From NCBI GenBank assembly GCA_964446625.1, contig CAYUPH010000003.1, positions 64,192 through 128,191 of the forward strand: a stretch of 64,000 nt of DNA, given 5' to 3'. Every line of letters begins with the position of its first letter. Positions within the stretch are counted from its first letter, which is position 1. Position numbers and translations under genes: made by a program. This DNA is from an uncultured Candidatus Saccharibacteria bacterium (GTDB lineage Bacteria; Patescibacteriota; Minisyncoccia; Phycocordibacterales; CAIRYW01). The notes under the pieces were generated by a model, which saw only the letters and a list, made by a program, of their open reading frames with translations, ran no database searches and was not told the origin of the DNA. This document shows positions 28,629-37,267 of this stretch, piece by piece.

Positions 28629-29660
28629 CTATACAACTTCTTCAACAAGGTCATTTTGACCAATAATCGGACCAAAAATATCTTTATTTAATGTTTCAAA
28701 ATTATATTTCCTTCCATCTTCTGGTACCACAATTTTAATATTTTTATTTTTTGCTTCGTTTTCCATTTTCTCAAAAATTACCGATTTGCTTCCATGTGCA
28801 AATATGTATATTTTTAATGTTGGATTTGATGCGGCCACCCGAGTGGTCATATCCCTAATATGTTCATCGGCTAATGAAGATCCAATAACAAACAATACAC
28901 TATTTTCTTTTTCTAATTCATTTGAATATATCCTCAATAAGTCATAATAGTACTGTTGAAGAAGTGTGGTTTCATATTTAGCCTTCGTCGGATTCACGAT
29001 AACAAGCTTCTTATAGTATTTATCGAATTCATCACCATCTATCTTGTCAGCAACATCTCTAACATTCTGTAGATTCTTGTCTAATGAGATTACAGCCTCA
29101 TTTCCTATCTCATCAAACTTCCAAGTTAATGATCCGTGAATTTTAAGTATATTAAATACGGGTATTTCAGATGTGTTTTCATAATGAAGACTTTTCATAA
29201 AATATGATTTTTTAAAATTACCTAGATTGAATGTTGGATTAAATCTACCATTGAATCCATCATTGAATTCTATCCCTGTCCCTTCCAACGCCTTTTCAGA
29301 AAAAATATCTATATTTGTCGTAAATATATTTACTTGTTTAGTTAGAATAGAATTTTCTCTTTTTAGAACCAAATTATTTAATATTTTGTAAAAATTCGTA
29401 TAATTAGACATAACATAGTCTTTGTCTACTTCTAAAACATCATCCAATACCTTAATATTTCCTAACATAACTTTATTAAAATACTCTTTTTTCTTACTCA
29501 AGATTTCTTCACTTGTTTTAGATGTATCAGATAAAAAGAGCTCGATATCATTAAGAGTATCAAGAAAAGGCTTTGAAAGACCCGCACCTATCAAAAAGTT
29601 AATATTTGCACTGTCAATTGTTTTCTTTATATCTCTGAGAAGCGGTGTGTAATTAGACAT
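28629..29660 (-). CDS. SIR2-like (SIR2_2) protein, predicted NADase effector
   Basis: NFLIGAGLS, FTTNID, FNDGF, LKIHGSL, VNPT..K, FVIGSSLADEHI; start ATG 29660. Confidence 0.9.
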   Translation of the reverse strand: MSNYTPLLRDIKKTIDSANINFLIGAGLSKPFLDTLNDIELFLSDTSKTSEEILSKKKEYFNKVMLGNIKVLDDVLEVDKDYVMSNYTNFYKILNNLVLKRENSILTKQVNIFTTNIDIFSEKALEGTGIEFNDGFNGRFNPTFNLGNFKKSYFMKSLHYENTSEIPVFNILKIHGSLTWKFDEIGNEAVISLDKNLQNVRDVADKIDGDEFDKYYKKLVIVNPTKAKYETTLLQQYYYDLLRIYSNELEKENSVLFVIGSSLADEHIRDMTTRVAASNPTLKIYIFAHGSKSVIFEKMENEAKNKNIKIVVPEDGRKYNFETLNKDIFGPIIGQNDLVEEVV

Positions 29661-29894
29661 ATGTTGATTATGCAATATTTTAAGTTTTTTTCAATCTTAC
29701 CGTATTTACTGGCTTGCCAGTCCAAACTACTTTTATGCATAGTACGATTTTATTCAAAAGCATATTATTATATATGTACAATTGAATAAGTAAGTAGCCT
29801 AAACTAAAAATCATAAAACTTTTTGCATGGTGAAAATTAAGTCTTGAAGAGACTTAATTTTTTAGTTAAAACTTATAAAAACTAGATAATTCCA

Positions 29895-30047
29895 GACCCC
29901 TAGCGGAATTTCTCCCTCGACTCAAGACTCGTCAGCCACTCGTCTTGGTCTGGGCACCAGCTCACTTGTTTTTACTGCTGTAAAAACATAGTTCCGCTGT
30001 TCGAATCCGCACGCAAGCAAAGTAGTTTGCTTGCTTAGGGTCCACCG
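29895..30047. repeat. tRNA-derived partial repeats with small hairpins
   Basis: Direct copy ccctagcgga at 29898-29907; inverted copy of the tRNA 3' end at 29999-30010 plus 30036-30047. Confidence 0.7.
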
Positions 30048-30091
30048 GAAAAACAAAAGCCGCCTTGTGGCGGACTTAAGTTTTTCTACGG

Positions 30092-30164
30092 TGGACCCTA
30101 GCGGATTCGAACCGCTGACCTCCTCAGTGCAAATGAGGCGCTCTACCAACTAAGCTAAGGGCCC
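30092..30164 (-). tRNA. tRNA-Ala(UGC), CCA not encoded
   Basis: GGGCCCT/AGGGTCC acceptor with G3-U70, anticodon arm CCTCA-TTTGCAC-TGAGG, T-loop GTTCGAATC. Confidence 0.97.
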
Positions 30165-30239
30165 TTGTATCCAATTGTAACATAACAGAGTCCTTAGTTT
30201 CCTTCATTTGCACAAATGAGTCGGCTAAAATCTTCTTTG

Positions 30240-30258
30240 CCAACTAAGCTAAGGGCCC
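30240..30258 (-). repeat. Exact duplicate of the first 19 nt of tRNA-Ala
   Basis: ccaactaagctaagggccc at 30240-30258 and 30146-30164. Confidence 0.85.
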
Positions 30259-30275
30259 GTTTTAATACAATTAAG

Positions 30276-30304
30276 ATTCTATATGATTCCTCCTTTTTTC
30301 GCAA
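30276..30304 (-). promoter_or_regulatory. Sigma70-like promoter for tRNA-Ala
   Basis: TTGCGA-17-TAGAAT. Confidence 0.6.
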
Positions 30305-30412
30305 GAATCGGGGTTTTGCCCTCAGAGCCTTCCCTACTTATACACACTCGAGCCTTTGAATAGAGGGGTGCCTTGATATAATTAGTCTATTATTGGGTAA
30401 TAAATTATAAAC

Positions 30413-30781
30413 ATGAAGAAATTTTTACTTTTGACTCTCCTACCTTCTATGGCATTCGCCCAGGATATGGCCGGAGAACCTGCTTCAGCGGGGCCAGTGA
30501 CTTTTGCTGGTAGTTATACACTTTGGATTGCAATTATTATTGGATTCATTGCCGCGTTTGTGACATTTAGATACGCAATGCAAATGAAAGGATCGGCTGT
30601 CGGCGGTGTCCTTTCTCTTTTTGGATGGGGAATGTTTACTGTCGTTCTTGGATTTCTTTCAGTAGCTGTGGCGTGGGCGTCAGCACCAACACAAAAGATT
30701 GTTCACGATCTTTTGTTTATTGTTGGTTACCTTATGCTTCTTGCAGGAGCAGGACGAGTGCGAAAGTTTAGCGCTCAGTAG
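30413..30781 (+). CDS. Signal-peptide protein with 3 TM helices
   Basis: MKKFLLL..AFA signal followed by three hydrophobic helices. Confidence 0.8.
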   Translation: MKKFLLLTLLPSMAFAQDMAGEPASAGPVTFAGSYTLWIAIIIGFIAAFVTFRYAMQMKGSAVGGVLSLFGWGMFTVVLGFLSVAVAWASAPTQKIVHDLLFIVGYLMLLAGAGRVRKFSAQ

Positions 30782-30795
30782 TTTTTCTAAACCTT

Positions 30796-30827
30796 AGCCC
30801 CGCCTCTTCTTTTGAGGCGGGGCTTTT
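30796..30827 (+). terminator. Intrinsic terminator
   Basis: agccccgcctc/gaggcggggct plus T-run. Confidence 0.75.
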
Positions 30828-30848
30828 GATATACTTTACTAAACTTCT

Positions 30849-32720
30849 ATGAGTTTTTTTAAATTCTTTTCTTCGGCTAATCACCAAAAGAGACAACTTC
30901 AAACAAATGAAATTGATTCGCTCTTTTCGTATTTAAAAAGACTAATAAACAGAGAGGATCTTGCACAAGGAATTATTGAGCAATACCAAAAAGTAAAATT
31001 CCTCGACAAATCAGCGCAGCCACTCGCCTATACAAAAGCATATATTCTCTTTGAGGACTTCATTACTTCACACAAACCACTCGTCGTTAAACGAGAATTT
31101 ACAAAAGATTCGCTCCGAGCCGATATTGCTGGCTCGCAGGATGTAAATCTGCTCCCTATAGAGCTTGCGCTTCTCTTTTTTGAAGAAAAGAAAAAGCTTT
31201 CTACTTTTTTTAGAGAAAACCTTCGGCCTCTTGAGAGGTATTTGATTAACACTTTTGGTACAGAGCGCCTCAAAGTGCTGACAGACAAAATCAACTCAAT
31301 TGTGAGTATTAATCTCAAAGTGTCCGAAGGCGGACTCGACTTCTTTGAGCTTGAAAATTCGATCAAAAATGATCCGACAGTCACAACAGGAAGCATTGTG
31401 ACCGATTTTAAAACAATTTATAACGCTTTTTATTTTGAAATCCGCGAATATCTGGGAGAAACGGTAGCACTAAACCTTTATAGTGGCGTGTACGCATCGA
31501 TTAAAGACACTTACGGCTTTGACCTTCTGTCACGATTTCTTGAACTTATGCCTCTCGAAATTCAGGAGAAAGAGAAAATTTCACTCCTTTCGCGAAAACA
31601 ATTGGAGGAAGCGGTATACAAGAGAACAGAAGAGCTTGCGTCCGAGAAGGGTCGCGTCGAGGAAAAGGTAAAAGAAAGAACATTTGAGCTAACTCTCGAA
31701 AAAGAAAAGCTCGATATTGTAACAGAAAACATGCTGGAAGGTTCAATACTTCTAAACGAAAGTTTTGATGTTATTTTCACAAACGAAAAAGCACGAAAGA
31801 TTCTTGCTTTTACAAAAGAAACGAGCGAAAAGGCTCTCCTGTATTTTCAGCAAGCCACAAAAGTAGATGCAGTAGAGAAACTCAAGTCAGAAAATGAAAA
31901 AGAAAAGATTACTGAAGTAAACATTGCCGACAAAATCTACGAAATTACTTTTGGTACGATAAAAAATGGAAACAGAATAAAAAACTACCTTGTGTGGCTT
32001 CGAGACATTACACAGTTCAAACTCCTCGAAGTAGCAAAAAGCGAATTTGTGTCTGTGGCAGCGCACCAACTCCGTACTCCCCTTTCTGGAAACAAATGGA
32101 TTCTCCACATGCTTGCAAAAGGAGAAATAGGAACGCTTACAGTTGAGCAAAAAAGCTTTATTATGAAAGCGTACGAAAGTAACGAGCGTATGATTACTCT
32201 AGTAAACGACCTTCTAAACGCTGAGCGGATTGATTCAAACGAAACTGAATACAAAATGGTTCCCGTACAGATTTTTGACCTTATTGAAAACATTCTCCTT
32301 GAACTTAAGCCGAAAATCGAAAAAGGAAACCTCAAGATCATAAAAGAAAAAGGTGGTGTTCCTCCTGTCTCAGCAGACGGAGAGAAAATGCGACTTGTTT
32401 TCCAGAATTTGCTTGAAAACGCAGTCAAATATACAATGAGTGGAGGTGCTATCTCCATTTCAGGCGAGGCTGAGGACGGCTTTGTAAAAGTGCGAATTGC
32501 TGACACAGGTATTGGTATACCAGTAGAGCAACAAGGCAACATTTTCAAGCGTTTCTACCGAGCAACAAATGCAGTAAAAATTCAAACAGATGGTTCTGGT
32601 CTCGGGCTCTTTCTCGTAAAAACAGTAGTAGAAAGACACGGCGGAGCTGTGTGGTTTGAAAGTACAGAAGGCAAAGGCACTGTTTTCTTTGTTAAGTTAC
32701 CAATTTTACAAAAAAAGTAA
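30849..32720 (+). CDS. Soluble PAS-containing sensor histidine kinase
   Basis: AHQLRTPL H-box, NLLENAVKYT, DTGIGIP, FYRA, GSGLGL; no TM segment seen. Confidence 0.93.
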   Translation: MSFFKFFSSANHQKRQLQTNEIDSLFSYLKRLINREDLAQGIIEQYQKVKFLDKSAQPLAYTKAYILFEDFITSHKPLVVKREFTKDSLRADIAGSQDVNLLPIELALLFFEEKKKLSTFFRENLRPLERYLINTFGTERLKVLTDKINSIVSINLKVSEGGLDFFELENSIKNDPTVTTGSIVTDFKTIYNAFYFEIREYLGETVALNLYSGVYASIKDTYGFDLLSRFLELMPLEIQEKEKISLLSRKQLEEAVYKRTEELASEKGRVEEKVKERTFELTLEKEKLDIVTENMLEGSILLNESFDVIFTNEKARKILAFTKETSEKALLYFQQATKVDAVEKLKSENEKEKITEVNIADKIYEITFGTIKNGNRIKNYLVWLRDITQFKLLEVAKSEFVSVAAHQLRTPLSGNKWILHMLAKGEIGTLTVEQKSFIMKAYESNERMITLVNDLLNAERIDSNETEYKMVPVQIFDLIENILLELKPKIEKGNLKIIKEKGGVPPVSADGEKMRLVFQNLLENAVKYTMSGGAISISGEAEDGFVKVRIADTGIGIPVEQQGNIFKRFYRATNAVKIQTDGSGLGLFLVKTVVERHGGAVWFESTEGKGTVFFVKLPILQKK

Positions 32721-32721
32721 T

Positions 32722-33513
32722 ATGAAAAAAATTCTCATAGTTGAAGATGATAACGCTCTCGGAACAGCTCTCGTCACAAAGCTTTCAAAAAGCGAATATG
32801 ATGTAAAGCTTGTTGAAGACGGTCTCGAAGTAATTTCTACTGCACGAGGTTTTAAACCAGACCTCATTCTTCTTGATATTATTTTGCCACACAAAAATGG
32901 CTACGAAATTTTGGACGAAATGACAAAGGACGCTGAGCTAAATACAATTCCAGTTATCGTTATCTCAAATTCTGGACAACCAGTTGAAATTAGCCGAATT
33001 CTTGCTCTTGGTGTAAAAGACTACATTGTAAAAGCACAGTTTAATCCCGAAGAGCTCCTCGAAAAGGTACGAACACAGCTTGAGGAGGAAGTTCAAACAG
33101 AAATAAACACTGAGGGTCAAAACAGCTTCTCACCTTCCCTTTCTGGAAAGAGCGTTCTTTGGGTTGAGGACGACGAATTCCTAGGTGATATTGTTGAGAA
33201 GAAACTTTCAGGAGTGGACTGCAAACTGACACACGTTAAAAATGGAGAGGACGCTCTAAAATTCCTTGAGGCAAACAAAGCAGATATTGTCGTCCTTGAT
33301 GTTATCCTTCCTATGCTCGACGGGTACGAAATCCTAAAGCGAATCAAAGAGAATCCAAACACAGCCAGTGTTCCTGTAATCCTCCTTTCAAACCTAGGGC
33401 AACCTGAAGATATTGAAAAAGGAAAAAAGCTTGGAGCTGAGCTCTTTCTCATAAAAGCAACATTTACTCTCGACGAAGTTTTGCTTCAGATAGCAAAAAT
33501 CCTCGCGAAGTAA
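32722..33513 (+). CDS. Tandem double-receiver response regulator, no output domain
   Basis: ILIVEDD..LLDIILP..YIVK and VLWVEDD..VLDVILP..FLIK; ATG 32722. Confidence 0.9.
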   Translation: MKKILIVEDDNALGTALVTKLSKSEYDVKLVEDGLEVISTARGFKPDLILLDIILPHKNGYEILDEMTKDAELNTIPVIVISNSGQPVEISRILALGVKDYIVKAQFNPEELLEKVRTQLEEEVQTEINTEGQNSFSPSLSGKSVLWVEDDEFLGDIVEKKLSGVDCKLTHVKNGEDALKFLEANKADIVVLDVILPMLDGYEILKRIKENPNTASVPVILLSNLGQPEDIEKGKKLGAELFLIKATFTLDEVLLQIAKILAK

Positions 33514-33516
33514 GTT

Positions 33517-34296
33517 TTAAATCTTAGCACCCTTTTCTTTAAGTGTTTGGGGGTTTTCCGGAAAGGTAGCAAACGAGATATCTACATCAAAACCAGTAAG
33601 ATTACGCTGCTCTTTTGCTAATCGATTGAAAGCAATTATTGACCTATAGACATATCCCACACACCTATTTAGCATTTTCTCACTTAACTCATCATTTTCA
33701 TAGGTTAGGTACCCTCCACTCATTCTTATTTTTCTCACACCAGTTTCCCATAAGAAACTTAGAAAGGTTAATATCTTTCTTGAGTCTTTATCTACTTTCT
33801 CAAGAAACATAAAATCTGTAATTCTTTGACTATGCGGAATAGCCCAGTCGATATCAGTAGGAAAAGAAAACATATCCGGCGATTCTTCATTTGATTCTGA
33901 TACCTCAGACCCATTTCCAATTAGCGATTCAATCTGGTTTTTAACAGATGAAATTAGCGGGTATTCTTCCATTACTAACACTGTTGATTTTAGTCTTTCA
34001 GGTACCCCTGATTGATCAAAAACTTTTTTTATATGGGTATTAAAAGAATCTTCTCTTGCTTTATGAATTTCCGGGGAGAGAGTTGTGTATGTAGAATGAA
34101 TATTTTTTCTTCTTTTTACTTCATCCTCGCCTTTTAGAAAAAAGGGATGGACAACCAAATCTAAAAATCCATTTGTGCGTACCATACTTTCCTGAAAAGA
34201 AGCTATATCTTTATTATCTGCTTCCCCTAGATTTCTTACTTCGAAGAAGTTTTCTCTTTTCTCAGGAGTTCTGATTCCTTCGCTCTCGGGATTCAT
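33517..34296 (-). CDS. Hypothetical protein
   Basis: 259-aa ORF directly after ddl. Confidence 0.7.
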   Translation of the reverse strand: MNPESEGIRTPEKRENFFEVRNLGEADNKDIASFQESMVRTNGFLDLVVHPFFLKGEDEVKRRKNIHSTYTTLSPEIHKAREDSFNTHIKKVFDQSGVPERLKSTVLVMEEYPLISSVKNQIESLIGNGSEVSESNEESPDMFSFPTDIDWAIPHSQRITDFMFLEKVDKDSRKILTFLSFLWETGVRKIRMSGGYLTYENDELSEKMLNRCVGYVYRSIIAFNRLAKEQRNLTGFDVDISFATFPENPQTLKEKGAKI

Positions 34297-34297
34297 A

Positions 34298-35284
34298 CTA
34301 TTTCTTCTCTAAAGCAAGACCAATAAGGTGGTCGAGAAGACCGCTGTAACTTGATCCTACTGCAACCATTTCTTTTGGAAGAAGTGACGTAGGTGTGAGT
34401 CCTGGTAGAGTATTGATTTCAAGACAAAAGACTCCTCTCTTTGGGTGAACCATAAAATCCACGCGACTGTAGTGCCGTGCACCGAGCGCTTTGTGTACTT
34501 CAACTGCGAGCCTTTCTATTTCTTCTGTCTCTTGTTTTGTAAATCTTCCAGGACAAAGCTCGTGTGCACCTTTTACATCGCTATACTTCGCTTCGAAGTC
34601 AAAAAAGGCTTGGTGGTCTTGAGGCAAAATTTCGACCGGTATGAGGGGGTAAAATTCTTTGCCTCTAAAGTGTTCAAGAACGCCACAAGTTGCTTCCTTG
34701 CCCTTTATAAACTCTTCTATGAGCACTTTGTCACCATGTTTAAATGCTTCTTCAAGTGCAGACTGCATTTCAGGAAGAGTTCTAACGAGGGAGACACCAA
34801 CAGACGAACCAGCCATAGCAGGTTTTACAATAGACGGCTGTATAAAGGTGGTAAAGAGCTCTCGTGCAAGTTTAGAAACATCGGTGTCTTCTTTTTTTTC
34901 GATTTCTCTGCTGTGCGGAGTTGGTATGTTGTACTGAGTAAGAATTTTTTTTGTAAGAATTTTGTTCATGCCGAGCGCTGAAGCCAAAATCTTTGATCCA
35001 GTATATGGAATTCCGTGTGCTTCAAGAATCTTTTGGACAGTTCCATCTTCTCCATAGTTTCCGTGGAGTGCTATAAAACAAACATCAGCAATTCGGGCGA
35101 TTTTTTCTGGTTTTACAAAAACACCGCCCACATGCCACTGCCCTTCTTTGTCTATAAGAACATCAATCGCTTCATATTTATTTTGGTCAAGGTTTGCAAG
35201 AACACCAGCACCTGTTTTAAGGGACACTTCGTATTCGCTTGATGGACCACCTCGCAGAACTGCAACTCTGATTTTGTTTCGCAT
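34298..35284 (-). CDS. ddl: D-alanine--D-alanine ligase
   Basis: GGPSSEYEVSLKTG, ALHGNYGEDG, GSSVGV, FDFEAKY, EINTLPGLT; start ATG 35284. Confidence 0.96.
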   Translation of the reverse strand: MRNKIRVAVLRGGPSSEYEVSLKTGAGVLANLDQNKYEAIDVLIDKEGQWHVGGVFVKPEKIARIADVCFIALHGNYGEDGTVQKILEAHGIPYTGSKILASALGMNKILTKKILTQYNIPTPHSREIEKKEDTDVSKLARELFTTFIQPSIVKPAMAGSSVGVSLVRTLPEMQSALEEAFKHGDKVLIEEFIKGKEATCGVLEHFRGKEFYPLIPVEILPQDHQAFFDFEAKYSDVKGAHELCPGRFTKQETEEIERLAVEVHKALGARHYSRVDFMVHPKRGVFCLEINTLPGLTPTSLLPKEMVAVGSSYSGLLDHLIGLALEKK

Positions 35285-35359
35285 AAAAACATTATAACTT
35301 AAAGTAAAGTAAATAAAAAAAGCTTCCGGGAAAGTATGTCTTCCAAGAAGCAAAACTTG

Positions 35360-35584
35360 CTAGCTCGCTCTTCCGCTTAGCTTGTCACACAGCCAATCAA
35401 GGATGGTAAAAAGTGTGATGGCTACAACGAAAAGAAATAGACGAGTCACTACAATCACATGCGCAGCAACCTGCACATGCCAAGGACTTTCTTGTTCTCT
35501 TCCCAAGTAGCCTAGGGTGGAGAATGCGGAGCCGTAAAATCGCTTAATGAGCTGCTCAATAATAGCGTCCTCGTTGGGTTTCAT
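35360..35584 (-). CDS. Small hypothetical membrane protein
   Basis: 74 aa with one hydrophobic segment and its own promoter-like element. Confidence 0.5.
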   Translation of the reverse strand: MKPNEDAIIEQLIKRFYGSAFSTLGYLGREQESPWHVQVAAHVIVVTRLFLFVVAITLFTILDWLCDKLSGRAS

Positions 35585-35663
35585 GCTTTTGCAAAATTAA
35601 CACATAAAACAGGATTTGTAAATAAAAAATATATAAAAAACCTAAGACAAAATTTGCTTAGGT

Positions 35664-35876
35664 TCAGACTCTAATATTTCTGAGCGACGGCAACCTTGCT
35701 GCTTTAGCAGCTTCGTGGACTGTGTCCTCGGTGGCGCCAGCCATCTCAATAAAACGAGCTGTTTTTTTGTCGTCTTCAGCAAGCTGATGGAGGAGCGGAA
35801 CTACAATTTGATCAACGTGAGTTACACCTCCACATGGTCGTGAAGGGCCAATGGTTTGAGAAAGAAAAGGACGCAT
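35664..35876 (-). CDS. Small hypothetical protein
   Basis: 70 aa; TATAAT overlapping the uvrC stop lies about 7 nt before the ATG. Confidence 0.45.
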   Translation of the reverse strand: MRPFLSQTIGPSRPCGGVTHVDQIVVPLLHQLAEDDKKTARFIEMAGATEDTVHEAAKAARLPSLRNIRV

Positions 35877-35884
35877 CAAAAATA

Positions 35885-37135
35885 TTATACCAGAAAATTT
35901 TTTCCGCGCTTCTTTTGGTGGAACGCGAGAGCAAAACGGTGCGCCTCACTATTGGCAAGAATAATAGAATTTTTATGCTTCTTTCCTAGGTCAGTTTTAC
36001 CAAGTATTCCTTTTGCTTTATGTCTTTTATCTTTTACCACCGAAACAACTGGAATTCCAAGTCCTTTTTCGAGGAGTACACTGTACATTGCTTCAAGTTG
36101 AACTGAACCTCCGTCTACGACAATTAGGTCAGGAAGTCTCCACTCGTTATGTTCCAGTCTTCTTGTAAGCACTTCTTTTAGTGCAGCAGGGTCATTTTGG
36201 TTTTTAAGAGTTTTAATATTGAATTTTCGGTACTCACTTTTCTGTGCTTCGCCATTTAAAACAACTGTCATAACTCCGACAATATCCTTTCCTGCCATGT
36301 GCGCGATGTCGTAGCTTTCAATACGAAAACCCTTGTCACCAAAGTCTTGACTAGAAGAAGCAGGTTTTATGAGCGCAACATCGTTAATGTGCCTTAGTGC
36401 GAAAAGTCTGTCACGGTACATCTTGGCTTTTTCAAACTCTTGATTTTCTGCAGCCACTGCCATTTCTTTTTCAAAACTTTTTACAACAGAGCTAAAGTTT
36501 CCCGACAGAAACTCTTCGATATCTTTTATTCTTTTTGCATACTCTTTTTTTGAAATGGCACCCGCACAAACTCCAGGACAAAGACCAATTGTGTAGTTAA
36601 AACATGGAGAGGGTTTCTTCTTTGCTACTTCTTCTGGCAAAGGGCACTTTTCGTCTCTGTATGGCAAAATGCGGCGCATTATTTTTAGTGCTTCTCTTAG
36701 TTCTCCTCCGTTTGAAAACGGGCCAAACACTTTTTTGATTTTAAAGGGTAAACTTTCTGGATTATCTAGCTCTTTTTTTCGTATAACGCGAAGAACAGGA
36801 AAATCCTCTTTTGTGATAACTATACAATTAAAGCTTTTGTCGTCTTTTTCTTTTGTATTGAAGGCTGGCTTAAACTTTTTTATAAGGTCAGCCTCAAGAA
36901 GAAGCGCTTCGAGCACAGAGAGAGTCTCTCGAAACTCTATATTCTCTGCAGACTCCACCATCTTTGCAATAAGTGGGCTCCGCGCTGTTACTAAGTCAGG
37001 TGCAAAATAACTCCGAACCCTGCTCCGAAGGCTTGTTGCCTTTCCTATATACAGAATCTTCTTTCCTTTTCCAAGAAAAAAATACACTCCTGGAGTGTCC
37101 GGCAGTTTTGCAAGTTTTTTTTCTAGTTTAGACAT
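35885..37135 (-). CDS. uvrC: Excinuclease ABC subunit C (no C-terminal HhH)
   Basis: GIY-YIG (GVYFF..LYIGKA), Cys cluster, UVR motif, RNase H-like IESYDIAH..VDGG..EAHRFA. Confidence 0.93.
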   Translation of the reverse strand: MSKLEKKLAKLPDTPGVYFFLGKGKKILYIGKATSLRSRVRSYFAPDLVTARSPLIAKMVESAENIEFRETLSVLEALLLEADLIKKFKPAFNTKEKDDKSFNCIVITKEDFPVLRVIRKKELDNPESLPFKIKKVFGPFSNGGELREALKIMRRILPYRDEKCPLPEEVAKKKPSPCFNYTIGLCPGVCAGAISKKEYAKRIKDIEEFLSGNFSSVVKSFEKEMAVAAENQEFEKAKMYRDRLFALRHINDVALIKPASSSQDFGDKGFRIESYDIAHMAGKDIVGVMTVVLNGEAQKSEYRKFNIKTLKNQNDPAALKEVLTRRLEHNEWRLPDLIVVDGGSVQLEAMYSVLLEKGLGIPVVSVVKDKRHKAKGILGKTDLGKKHKNSIILANSEAHRFALAFHQKKRGKNFLV

Positions 37136-37267
37136 AGGATATAATTATATATAGGATGAAGACATTAGTTTTGATTTACCCCTTAGCCTCCGTATGGATA
37201 CGCGTTAAAGGGGTGCCGATTGTTTTCAGAATATTGGTGCTACTAAGCTAGTTACAACCTAGCTTTT

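Larger units (their letters stand above)
26562..29880. mobile_element. Low-GC defence islet (SIR2-HerA) downstream of tRNA-Ala; no integrase; boundaries approximate
   Basis: Sharp AT enrichment, tRNA adjacency, flanking repeats, truncated neighbouring gene. Confidence 0.7.

Noticed and set aside
29922-30149. 75-aa ORF
   Set aside because: Overlaps tRNA-Ala and its derived repeats.
30338-30346. DnaA box TTATACACA as a replication origin
   Set aside because: Isolated box with no cluster and no dnaA/dnaN nearby.
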